Shown in pieces: positions 56,253 to 64,000 of a stretch of DNA of 64,000 nucleotides. Position 1 is the stretch's first letter; every line of letters begins with the position of its first letter. The translations under genes and the position numbers were made by a program. The stretch lies in the IMG/VR virus record IMGVR_UViG_3300027798_000020, positions 47,101 through 111,100 of that record. One strand, written 5' to 3'. This DNA is from a virus. The notes below the pieces were generated by a model. The model made no database searches. It was given only the letters and a program-made list of their open reading frames with translations, and was not told the origin of the DNA.

Positions 56253-56671
56253 TAGTTGGTAAAATAGAAAATTTAAATCCTATGATTATTAAACAAGATA
56301 TCCGCCCTAACAAAATGATTTGGGTTACCTTTCAGAAAGAAGGTATGCACAAATATCCAGCCGCACTTACAGATCCAGCACTTGCTACAGGTGATGAGTA
56401 CGATGTAAGTTTTCTAGGATATCCGCATCGTCACATCTTCCACTTTAAAGTTTGGATTTCCGTAGAACATTCAGACCGGGCGATTGAATTTATTCAATTT
56501 AAACGCTGGTTAGAAAATCTGTATAGTCAAGGAACACTCCAGTTAGACTATAAATCCTGTGAGATGATGGCAGAAGATTTGTATGAACAGATTGCCGCAA
56601 AACACCCAGGACGAGAAGTTTGGATCGAAGTGTCAGAAGACGGCGAAAATGGTGCTCTAATTAAGTTCTAA
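56249..56671 (+). CDS. dpdL: QueD-like T-fold protein, probable CDG decarboxylase DpdL
   Basis: LGYPHRHIF fits the LxxxHRHxF motif I recall for DpdL; SCEMMA and VSEDGENG T-fold features; a separate canonical QueD exists. Confidence 0.6.
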   Translation: MIVGKIENLNPMIIKQDIRPNKMIWVTFQKEGMHKYPAALTDPALATGDEYDVSFLGYPHRHIFHFKVWISVEHSDRAIEFIQFKRWLENLYSQGTLQLDYKSCEMMAEDLYEQIAAKHPGREVWIEVSEDGENGALIKF

Positions 56672-56672
56672 T

Positions 56673-56981
56673 ATGTCTAAGCCTTTGCCCCGAACTACTA
56701 TTCGCCAGATGCCACCTCCTCATTCTAAGAACAAGTTTAAATATTGTTTTGAGATGTCGCACTATGGTGGAGAGCAACGGGCAGAGTTAGAAGCGTGGTG
56801 CTTGGCAGATCCAGAAAATCGCCGTTGGGGCAATATGGGCTATGTTGAGTGTAATCTTGATAGTGATGCTATTGAGTTTATTACCACTTGGGGTATCAAC
56901 TGGCGGCATAAGACTCAAAACATTGAGCGAGAAGTTAAATCAGAACTGGGTTATAGTAGAGTAGGATTGGGGAATGTGTAA
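56673..56981 (+). CDS. Hypothetical protein (cassette cargo)
   Basis: 102-aa coupled ORF. Confidence 0.6.
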   Translation: MSKPLPRTTIRQMPPPHSKNKFKYCFEMSHYGGEQRAELEAWCLADPENRRWGNMGYVECNLDSDAIEFITTWGINWRHKTQNIEREVKSELGYSRVGLGNV

Positions 56982-57226
56982 TGTGGAATCTGTTTAAGCG
57001 ATTACCGCCAGAACCAATAACTAACAGATACAAGACATTGGACTGGTCTCAAGTGACTACACTGGAAGAAGTTATCTACATACTCAGTAAAATGCGTCTT
57101 ACTAAAAATATTATGATTGACGAAGATTGTTGGAATGATCCTAAAATCAAAAACTTGCTTGGTAAAGATATTACTGAAACAACCTATATTGGATTTGAAA
57201 AAACTACAAAGGTTTACAAAGAATGA
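56981..57226 (+). CDS. Hypothetical protein (cassette cargo)
   Basis: 81-aa coupled ORF. Confidence 0.6.
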   Translation: MWNLFKRLPPEPITNRYKTLDWSQVTTLEEVIYILSKMRLTKNIMIDEDCWNDPKIKNLLGKDITETTYIGFEKTTKVYKE

Positions 57227-57450
57227 AAAAGATACCTATGTTGGAAAAGTTTGCCGCACAGAGTCTTGTGCCATATGATGGAGAACTCGTCTTCAGTAAA
57301 GAAAAGTTCGCCGAGTTGATTGTAAAGGAATGTTTAGGATGTTGCGAACAAGTTATCAGTGATCCTGTTCCCGAATCAGTTGATACTTGGTTGAATGGTG
57401 GCACACAATGTATGGCGGAGATTAAACAACATTTCGGAGTTGAAGAATGA
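57223..57450 (+). CDS. Small phage protein (EKFAELIVKEC...HFGVE type)
   Basis: Motif recurrent in small phage ORFs; coupled. Confidence 0.65.
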   Translation: MKKIPMLEKFAAQSLVPYDGELVFSKEKFAELIVKECLGCCEQVISDPVPESVDTWLNGGTQCMAEIKQHFGVEE

Positions 57451-57650
57451 ACGAATATTTTAAACAACAAATAGACGGTGGTGCTACTGATCAGTTTTTC
57501 TATGTTATTGAAAATAACGGCAAAGTAAGCATTGAACGCTATCGCGGCACATTAGACACACTCTCAGTTAATAATTTAGAGTTTGTAAGAATGTCAAAAT
57601 CTACACCAGTTTTTCGACCTGTTGAAGTTGAAGAAGTTTTTCCAAAGTAA
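57447..57650 (+). CDS. Hypothetical protein (cassette cargo)
   Basis: 67-aa coupled ORF overlapping the HNH 3' end. Confidence 0.5.
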   Translation: MNEYFKQQIDGGATDQFFYVIENNGKVSIERYRGTLDTLSVNNLEFVRMSKSTPVFRPVEVEEVFPK

Positions 57651-58197
57651 TGGAACATTTATTATACTTTGTGCGATTGGAATGCCGTGAAATCATTTGA
57701 AGATTTGAATAATGCCCGATTAATTCGGGCGGCACATTATTTAGGAAACCTTGATGTTTGCTATATTTGTGATCCAACTCGTATTCAGTTCCCCGCGGTA
57801 GCCCTAAAGGATTAATTTTATCATTATGATATATCCAACTATCTCTTGTAATTCTATCAACAATGTTTTCGTATGCTTCCCAGAGAGGACGCTGTTCGAT
57901 AGGAATGGTAGATTTAGCCTTGGAAATATTGTGTCCTTTTTGTCTACGCCAATTAGCATCAGTATGAAGTTCTTTGAGACTGGCATTTCCTCGTTCGCTC
58001 ATAGTTTTCATATGTTTGATTCTATCCGCTTTACTCATTCGTGCCTGTCGAGAGGCTTCGGCCTTCTTAGCGTGGCCCGGACATTGGGTAATTTTTTCAA
58101 CGCAACGCATCTGTTTGGAGTTCACACTTATGTAGAAGGCTTGACTTCCGCACAAAAAACAAGTATAATTAACATTAGTGGTAGTCAGTATAGGCAT
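57601..58197 (-). CDS. HNH-type homing endonuclease
   Basis: ELDHKYS...NLQMISRHSNRTK nuclease motif; N-terminal CxxC...C...C Zn region and basic linker; own late promoter TATAAATA (58220-58227, minus strand). Confidence 0.7.
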   Translation of the reverse strand: MPILTTTNVNYTCFLCGSQAFYISVNSKQMRCVEKITQCPGHAKKAEASRQARMSKADRIKHMKTMSERGNASLKELHTDANWRRQKGHNISKAKSTIPIEQRPLWEAYENIVDRITRDSWIYHNDKINPLGLPRGTEYELDHKYSKHQGFLNNVPPELIGHYSNLQMISRHSNRTKYNKCSITLEKLLQLQQVEKLV

Positions 58198-58230
58198 AAC
58201 TTATCTCTCTATCATTGTTTATTTATACAA

Positions 58231-58302
58231 AAGTATCCAGGCCGTGAGGTTTGGATTGAGGTCTCCGAAGACGGAGAAAATGGTTCATTTATCAAATATT
58301 AA
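58231..58302 (+). pseudogene. Orphaned 3' end of dpdL
   Basis: KYPGREVWIEVSEDGENGSFIKY* versus KHPGREVWIEVSEDGENGALIKF* (19/23 identical); no start or SD of its own. Confidence 0.85.
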
Positions 58303-58315
58303 TTAAGGACAGTAT

Positions 58316-58558
58316 ATGAAACCGGAAGTTGTTAAAATTTTTAACGATCTCGAAAACCTGCTAAATTTTTGCAGATTCGAACTCCTTCCATACAACCCGG
58401 CAGATCTCTATAATAGAGAAAGCCACGTATGGCGTTCATTTGAAAATAGCCGCAGACCTAAGCGTCCATGGAATGGCGAAAAGAAGCCCTGGACCGGTGA
58501 ACGTAAACCGTACCTAGGAAATAAGCCTAGATTTAATAACTCAAGACACGATGCTTAA
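58316..58558 (+). CDS. Small hypothetical protein
   Basis: SD AAGGA; IFNDLE.L..FCR...YNPADLY; basic tail with K(R/K)PW.GE repeats. Confidence 0.7.
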   Translation: MKPEVVKIFNDLENLLNFCRFELLPYNPADLYNRESHVWRSFENSRRPKRPWNGEKKPWTGERKPYLGNKPRFNNSRHDA

Positions 58559-59655
58559 TGAACGTATTTTTAGTTGATTTAGAAGCAGTTGAAACCAGGT
58601 ATACGGCGCAGTGGAAGCGCCATGTACCTACTTTACTTAAAAAGGCAGGACACAATGTTCAAGTTCTATGTGGGCCTACAGACATTCCTACAGCAACTAC
58701 TCCGGGTGCGTTCCTTAATTTTGGCGGTACCAACATTTATAAATCAGCACAAGTGGAGCAGATGGGTCGTCTATTTTGCGACGGAGCCGTTCATCCCGGT
58801 GATCACTTTATTTTTACTGATGCTTGGCACCCGGGTATCATTAACCTAAAGTATATGAGTGAATTGCTGGGCATTCCAGTAGTCACTCACGGCTTATGGC
58901 ATGCTGGTAGTTATGATCCGCAAGACTTTTTAGGACGTCTTGTAGGTAATAAGCCTTGGGTTAGACATGCTGAGAAGAGTTTCTTTCACGCATTTGATCA
59001 TAACTACTTTGCTACAGATTTCCATATCAAGTTGTTCTATACAAATTTACTAAATGATTATCCTACAGAAAATCCTTGGTATAGTGAACACTTAGAAGAA
59101 ATCCTAAATGGTGAAGATCCTAGATTTGTACGTACTGGCTGGCCTATGGAGTATATGCAGGATACATTGTTAATGTATAAAAACATGCCCAAGCGTGATC
59201 TTATTCTTTTCCCGCATCGTATCGCTCCAGAAAAACAAGTTGACATATTCCGTGATCTAAAAGAACACTTACCACAATATGAATTTGTTGTTTGTCAGGA
59301 TCAGCAACTTACAAAGAACGAGTATCATAATTTGTTAGGCGAGGCTAAACTAGTGTTCAGTGCTAACTTACAAGAAACACTTGGCATCAGTTGGTACGAA
59401 GGTGCCGTAGTAGATGCTATCCCTATGGTGCCAGATCGCCTAAGCTATAGCGAGATGGCATTTGATACATTTAAGTATCCTAGTGAATGGACTGAAAGTT
59501 TTGAAGCATACGAAATGTTTAGACCTGCTATATGTTATAAAATAACTCAATACATGGAAAACTATGCTTCTTTCTTGCCGCAAATAAGAAAACAAAAGGA
59601 TGCACTACATGAACAATTCTTCAGCGCAACCAAGCTACTCAATAACATTAGATGA
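58558..59655 (+). CDS. GT-B glycosyltransferase (GT4-like)
   Basis: FPHRIAPEKQ and ETLGISWYE (E-x7-E) donor-binding motifs; LSYSEM. Confidence 0.75.
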   Translation: MNVFLVDLEAVETRYTAQWKRHVPTLLKKAGHNVQVLCGPTDIPTATTPGAFLNFGGTNIYKSAQVEQMGRLFCDGAVHPGDHFIFTDAWHPGIINLKYMSELLGIPVVTHGLWHAGSYDPQDFLGRLVGNKPWVRHAEKSFFHAFDHNYFATDFHIKLFYTNLLNDYPTENPWYSEHLEEILNGEDPRFVRTGWPMEYMQDTLLMYKNMPKRDLILFPHRIAPEKQVDIFRDLKEHLPQYEFVVCQDQQLTKNEYHNLLGEAKLVFSANLQETLGISWYEGAVVDAIPMVPDRLSYSEMAFDTFKYPSEWTESFEAYEMFRPAICYKITQYMENYASFLPQIRKQKDALHEQFFSATKLLNNIR

Positions 59656-60013
59656 TTCCGGTGAGTTCTCATCTCAGAATGTATCTACTATGGTTGCATC
59701 AGATACAATTACTCTAAGCAATACCGGAGGTACTTATTTTTATAACACCGGTGCTGGTATAGGTGGTGTAGGTGCAACTGGTAGTTTTACTATAACAAAC
59801 GGTGGCGCAGTGTCTGGTACTATTAATACAGTAACACTCGATAGTTCACCGTATTACTGGAGTGACGAAGAATGGGTCAATTCATTTCCGCAATGGACAA
59901 GAATTCAAGAAATGTGCGAGCAGTATCCTGGATTGAAAATTGCATTTGAAAAGTTTAAAACTACTTATAAACTTGTGAAAGACGATTATGATAATCCAAC
60001 AGATAAAAAATAA
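59609..60013 (+). CDS. Hypothetical protein (T/G/S-rich N-terminus, CEQYPGL helix)
   Basis: Overlapping, coupled ORF; start uncertain. Confidence 0.55.
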   Translation: MNNSSAQPSYSITLDDSGEFSSQNVSTMVASDTITLSNTGGTYFYNTGAGIGGVGATGSFTITNGGAVSGTINTVTLDSSPYYWSDEEWVNSFPQWTRIQEMCEQYPGLKIAFEKFKTTYKLVKDDYDNPTDKK

Positions 60014-60467
60014 ATTCTTTTCTTTTTTAGAAAAGCATGATCGAAAAAGGATCATTATGGATCGAGTTGATAATCAACCCTATCTAGAAAGATATTATCT
60101 TTTTCTAAAAGATAGAAAAACGTTCCCGTTTAATGTATTTTTACATAAATTTTTAAAAGGTGATCCGGATGATATACACGATCATCCATGGCCGTATGCC
60201 ACATTGATTTTAAAAGGTGGTTATTATGAATGGACTCCTAACTTTGATTCAACTGGAGTCAAGATCAGTGAGACACGGCATTGGCGCAGGCCTGGTCATT
60301 TTCGTATTTGCAGTCCTAATAGCTATCATCGCATTGAGCTTAAAGCCGGTGTAACTGCATGGACCTTGTTTATGCCTGGTCCACAAAAACGAGAATGGGG
60401 ATTTCTTGTTGATAATAAATGGATTCACAATGACAGCTACTTACAAGAACGTAAACTCCGCGGTTAG
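59988..60467 (+). CDS. Cupin-fold protein
   Basis: HDHPW....ILKGGYYE...HRIEL...WTLF. Confidence 0.7.
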   Translation: MIIQQIKNKFFSFLEKHDRKRIIMDRVDNQPYLERYYLFLKDRKTFPFNVFLHKFLKGDPDDIHDHPWPYATLILKGGYYEWTPNFDSTGVKISETRHWRRPGHFRICSPNSYHRIELKAGVTAWTLFMPGPQKREWGFLVDNKWIHNDSYLQERKLRG

Positions 60468-60834
60468 TCCAGGATACGGAGCAATACCTTTAGTAAACTA
60501 TACTACTAACACTACGAACGGACAGTTTTTAACATCTACTGGTAGTAACGGTACTTCTTATTCTAATATTTGGGCTAATGGCACTGTCAATACCAATCCT
60601 GCATTAACTGTTAAACAAACCAATCCGCCAGAATTAGAAGTTACAGGTCGAATGGTTATTAACGGTAGAGATTTAGAAGAACGGTTAACCACAATCGAAA
60701 AAGTCTTGCAAATTCCCGAAAGAGATGTTAAACTAGAGGCTAAGCACCCAAAGCTAAAGAAATTGTATGACGAATACATTGCGGCATTGGGAAAATACAG
60801 AACATTTGAAACAATTAAAGGCGACGATGACTGA
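60430..60834 (+). CDS. Hypothetical protein
   Basis: T/N-rich N-terminus; LEERL..IE..L, LEAKHPKLKKLYDEY. Confidence 0.6.
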   Translation: MTATYKNVNSAVSPGYGAIPLVNYTTNTTNGQFLTSTGSNGTSYSNIWANGTVNTNPALTVKQTNPPELEVTGRMVINGRDLEERLTTIEKVLQIPERDVKLEAKHPKLKKLYDEYIAALGKYRTFETIKGDDD

Positions 60835-61081
60835 AGACAAAAAACTCAAAGTCGAATTTGCGCCAGGATGTTTTGATCATTTTGATGGCACTCAAGAAGA
60901 GCTTGATCAAATGATTAAAGACATTATGGACATGTTTGAGAACAAAAGTAAAGAAGAGCTCGAAGCTATGTCGACTCAAATTACTGCTGAAGATCTTGAC
61001 ACTCTCGATGAAGATGTGCAACAACAAATTGTTCGATCTTTGTCAGAAGATAATAGCACTACCAAAAGGAACATTCAATGA
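60827..61081 (+). CDS. Small acidic protein
   Basis: KVEFAPGCFD.FDGTQEELD. Confidence 0.65.
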   Translation: MTEDKKLKVEFAPGCFDHFDGTQEELDQMIKDIMDMFENKSKEELEAMSTQITAEDLDTLDEDVQQQIVRSLSEDNSTTKRNIQ

Positions 61082-61575
61082 ACAAGCGTTTAATAAAATT
61101 TAAAGAATTTAAATTGCTTGTTTTAAACATGTGTTCTACTATTCAACGTACTGGTTGGAAACCTGACTACATTGTAGGTATTAGTCGTGGTGGGTTATTG
61201 CCTGCTGTAATGATTAGTCAATATTTTAACATCCCTATGAAGCCGCTACAGGTTAGTCTTCGAGATAACATTGAAACTGTTAGCGATCTAGGAATGGCTG
61301 AAGATGCATATAATAATAAAAACATTCTCATTGTTGACGATATTAATGACCAAGGAACTACTTTAAACTGGATTATGAAAGACTGGCCAAGCGGTTGCTT
61401 TCCCGACGATCCTAAATGGGAAGGTGTCTGGGGTAATAATGTTAGGTTTGCTGTAGTCGTTGATAATCTTAGTAGTAAGTGCAATGTCGGAATGAATTAC
61501 TGGGGCATGGAAGTTAATAAAGCTGAGAAAGATGTTTGGATTGAATTTCCATACGAGGAATGGTGGGTTAAATGA
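61078..61575 (+). CDS. Type I phosphoribosyltransferase (xanthine/guanine PRT-like)
   Basis: IVGISRGGLLPA; PRPP loop ILIVDDINDQGTTL; WIEFPYE. Confidence 0.85.
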   Translation: MNKRLIKFKEFKLLVLNMCSTIQRTGWKPDYIVGISRGGLLPAVMISQYFNIPMKPLQVSLRDNIETVSDLGMAEDAYNNKNILIVDDINDQGTTLNWIMKDWPSGCFPDDPKWEGVWGNNVRFAVVVDNLSSKCNVGMNYWGMEVNKAEKDVWIEFPYEEWWVK

Positions 61576-61733
61576 CTAAAGATGAAATCTTACAAAGAAT
61601 ATCGCAAGTAAATGCAGACCTAGAAAAAGTAAAAGACATGCCTACTAACGCAGATCGTCATAGCGAATCGTTAAGAATGTATAGAGAATACTTACTAGAA
61701 CAACTTGCTGAGATTAAAGATGACCAACCTTGA
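61572..61733 (+). CDS. Small coiled-coil protein (not in ORF track)
   Basis: 53 aa MTKDEILQRISQVNADL...YREYLLEQL, overlapping both neighbours. Confidence 0.55.
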   Translation: MTKDEILQRISQVNADLEKVKDMPTNADRHSESLRMYREYLLEQLAEIKDDQP

Positions 61734-62094
61734 AAGGGCCTTAGATGAAAATCGAGCACCGTGGACTGAAATTGAATTCCGATCAAAAGACTTTTGGGTG
61801 TTTAGAGACGCATATCCAGTTACCCCCGGGCATTTGCTATTTGTGCCTACCGAAGAGCAAAGTGTTAATCTCTGGGAGTGCTTCAAAGCCGCATATAAAT
61901 TCGGGTTTGAAGGCGTTGAACTTGGACGGTGGGAAGCGTTCAACATCGGACAAAATGTTGGCGAGGCTGCTGGTCAAACAGTAATGTACCCACATGTACA
62001 TATGATTCCGCGACGCAAAGGAGATATGGATGACCCAAGAGGCGGTGTTAGACACGTTATCCCAGAAAAGGGTAATTACCGTAAAGAAGTTTAG
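61720..62094 (+). CDS. HIT family nucleotide hydrolase
   Basis: DAYPVTPGHLLFVP, NIGQNVGEAAGQTV, PHVHMIPR (first His of the triad replaced). Confidence 0.85.
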   Translation: MTNLERALDENRAPWTEIEFRSKDFWVFRDAYPVTPGHLLFVPTEEQSVNLWECFKAAYKFGFEGVELGRWEAFNIGQNVGEAAGQTVMYPHVHMIPRRKGDMDDPRGGVRHVIPEKGNYRKEV

Positions 62095-62287
62095 TTATTG
62101 TGTTCGAGTAGATTGGCACAATCAAGGAACATCGTGGTGGAATGAAACATGTGCCATGGTATTGGAAGTGTTTGGTTTACCCGGTGATAGGTTTGTCTAT
62201 CACCCATTTGAAGACTTTATGGAGTTTCATTTTAAAAATGAAAAAGACGAGCAGTTATGCCGCATACTATTAAGTGAACGACTATGA
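62030..62287 (+). CDS. Hypothetical protein
   Basis: WNETCA...EVFGLPGDRF...M.F.F; start uncertain. Confidence 0.55.
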   Translation: MTQEAVLDTLSQKRVITVKKFSYCVRVDWHNQGTSWWNETCAMVLEVFGLPGDRFVYHPFEDFMEFHFKNEKDEQLCRILLSERL

Positions 62288-62850
62288 CAGTGGTATTTAA
62301 TAACGGCTTTGAAACTTTTGAAGAATACGATTTTAGTTCGGTTATAACTTCTGACGATCACAATAGTGCAAAGTCACAAATTAGAGAATTTATTGATCAA
62401 GGTAGATATTTTAAAAATTCACCAAAGTATCAAACAGAAGTTAATTTGTTTGGAATCCAAGATCCTACTTGGTTAAAATTTAGAATGAGTTTTATCTTTA
62501 GTTGTTTTATGTATCTTGGAAAAGAAGTTCCAATTAAACAACTAATGGCTTGGAGTTTTATGACTTCAAACACTATTCAAGAAGATCGGGAAAGGCTCTG
62601 GCATACTCATCAATACGGTGAGGAGCGCACACTAAGTGGTGTGTACTATTTGCACATTCCTGATGATGTTGCAGACAAAACAGAATGTGGTACAGAATTT
62701 GCCTATAATGGCGTAGAAAATCTTGAAAGATTTAAATCTGTACCAAAAGATTTTACTTGGATTGTTTACCCTGGTAAAGTGTATCATAGGCCCATGATAC
62801 CACAATCAACTCAAGATCGATTTGTAATTGCAGCCGATCTTATTTTTTAA
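62284..62850 (+). CDS. 2OG-Fe(II) oxygenase-like (DSBH) protein
   Basis: WHTH, LSGVYYL, GTEF, YPG..YH, R.VIA motifs. Confidence 0.65.
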   Translation: MTVVFNNGFETFEEYDFSSVITSDDHNSAKSQIREFIDQGRYFKNSPKYQTEVNLFGIQDPTWLKFRMSFIFSCFMYLGKEVPIKQLMAWSFMTSNTIQEDRERLWHTHQYGEERTLSGVYYLHIPDDVADKTECGTEFAYNGVENLERFKSVPKDFTWIVYPGKVYHRPMIPQSTQDRFVIAADLIF

Positions 62851-62860
62851 GGAGAAATAC

Positions 62861-63082
62861 ATGAACGTATTAAATGAAGTTGTTAAAGAAAGCGAAGGAT
62901 TCCGTCTTCGTGTTAAAAGTTGGAAATGTGTTAGACCAGAAGATTATAATTCTGTAGAGTTTATACAGGAGAGTTTGAACAATGGCGAGGTTGTAGACAG
63001 CCAAACTTATAATTTCTTCATGACCAACGATGATGTCAAATCACTTTGCCAAATCTTAAACAAAATTCCCGATAATGTTTGA
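62861..63082 (+). CDS. Hypothetical protein
   Basis: SD AAGGAG before ATG 62861. Confidence 0.65.
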   Translation: MNVLNEVVKESEGFRLRVKSWKCVRPEDYNSVEFIQESLNNGEVVDSQTYNFFMTNDDVKSLCQILNKIPDNV

Positions 63083-63093
63083 GCAGAGAAAAC

Positions 63094-63123
63094 TTGACCT
63101 TGACCTAAATAAACCTATATACT
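63094..63123 (+). promoter_or_regulatory. Overlapping sigma70 and late promoters for folE
   Basis: TTGACC(63094)-18 bp-TATACT(63118); TAAATA at 63106. Confidence 0.55.
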
Positions 63124-63162
63124 ACTAGTATATGTCATCCACGACACTAACTCGGAGAATAA

Positions 63163-63882
63163 ATGTCAGAACTACATTATAAAGAAGAAGACGGACGACC
63201 TCTTAGCCAGGTTATCCGCAACAGGCTCAAACAAAATAACAAACGTTTCTGGGCTGGCGACAATATCAGCGAATACATTAGCGATGTTGAAAAAGATTCT
63301 TTAATCAACGAAGCAACAACAGCATTTGAACAAGTATTAGACACCCTGTTGATTGATCGAGAAACTGATCCTAACAGCAAAGGTACAGCAAGACGTCTTG
63401 CTAAAATGTACTTTAATGAAATAATGGCAGGAAGATATGAACCAGCACCAGACGCAACCGCGTTTCCAAATGACTCGACAGACCGTTATCAAGGTATGTT
63501 GGTTGTTCGTAGTGAGCTTCGCAGTATGTGTAGCCATCATCACCAACCCGTTGCTGGCGTTGCTTATATTGGTATTATTGCGGCTGAGAAACTCATCGGA
63601 CTTAGCAAGTATACAAGGATCGCTCAGTGGTGTGCCCGTAGAGGTACTCTCCAGGAGGAACTTTGTAATGACATTGCTAGGGAAATCCAAAAAGCAACCA
63701 ACTCAGAAAACGTAGCAGTATACATTCAAGCCACACACGGCTGTTGTGAAAACCGTGGTATTATGGCACACTCTAGTCTAACACAGACTACAGTACTTAA
63801 AGGCGCATTTAAAGATGATCAGGGTACAAAGAAAGAATTCTTTGACAATATCAAAATGCAACAAGAGTTTGCCCCACGTTAA
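63163..63882 (+). CDS. folE: GTP cyclohydrolase I
   Basis: SMCSHHHQP, IGLSKYTRI, LQEEL, HGCCENRG, EFF. Confidence 0.93.
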   Translation: MSELHYKEEDGRPLSQVIRNRLKQNNKRFWAGDNISEYISDVEKDSLINEATTAFEQVLDTLLIDRETDPNSKGTARRLAKMYFNEIMAGRYEPAPDATAFPNDSTDRYQGMLVVRSELRSMCSHHHQPVAGVAYIGIIAAEKLIGLSKYTRIAQWCARRGTLQEELCNDIAREIQKATNSENVAVYIQATHGCCENRGIMAHSSLTQTTVLKGAFKDDQGTKKEFFDNIKMQQEFAPR

Positions 63883-63891
63883 GGAAAAATT

Positions 63892-64000
63892 ATGAGCCAA
63901 GTATATGTAATTAAACCACTTGAAAAGAAAAGCATTGTCTATCATGTAGAAATGTTTAGAGAAAATGCAGACGGTAGCATTAGTTCTTTTACCATTGACG
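63892..64000 (+). CDS. 5' part of a hypothetical protein (truncated by window end)
   Basis: SD AAGGA; MSQVYVIKPLEKKSIVY... open to the end. Confidence 0.6.
   Translation, partial: MSQVYVIKPLEKKSIVYHVEMFRENADGSISSFTID

Larger units (their letters stand above)
56600..58227. mobile_element. HNH homing-endonuclease cassette inserted into dpdL with a replacement 3' end
   Basis: Begins with one copy of the last 23 dpdL codons (56600-56671) and is followed by the second copy (58231-58302); carries 4 small ORFs plus a reverse-strand HNH gene. Confidence 0.7.

Noticed and set aside
56600-58230. Group I intron or intein in dpdL
   Set aside because: The upstream gene is already complete with its own stop, the insert holds several coupled ORFs and an antisense HNH, and no intron core or intein motifs were recognised
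57826-58302. 158-aa + strand ORF in the track
   Set aside because: Mostly antisense to the HNH gene; only the last 23 codons are meaningful as the dpdL remnant

Overview
A 64-kb segment of a large, AT-rich, T4-like (myovirus/jumbo-type) bacteriophage genome, almost all on the + strand and densely coding in the standard code. A two-component spanin and sigma70 promoters point to a Gram-negative host. In order: accessory genes (SGNH-like, queD, cytidylyltransferase, UV endonuclease, IscA/ErpA); a tail/baseplate block (3482-aa giant protein, Mtd-N fibre, subtilase, Ig-like protein); replication and chaperone genes (Pol III alpha-like fragment, GroES, clamp loader, PhoH); a lysis cluster (GH19 endolysin, spanins, holin) interrupted by a B12 radical SAM gene; DnaJ and ClpA; a cluster of probable head-packaged, protease-processed proteins; family B DNA polymerase and a probable sliding clamp; and a 7-deazaguanine DNA-modification locus (TGT/DpdA-like, DpdL-like T-fold, glycosyltransferase, PRTase, HIT, FolE). 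Main hunt results: (i) six phycobiliprotein-like CxRD repeats in the giant virion protein; (ii) a deazaguanine locus with a glycosyltransferase, whose DpdA shares an FxxLFxF clamp-binding-like motif with the polymerase; (iii) an HNH cassette inserted in dpdL that supplies a synonymously recoded replacement 3' end; (iv) twin hairpins/pseudoknots directly upstream of the polymerase; (v) modular proteins with T4-like capsid-targeting leaders, one with a cassette bounded by a perfect 17-bp direct repeat. All calls come from motif recognition by eye; no searches were run.
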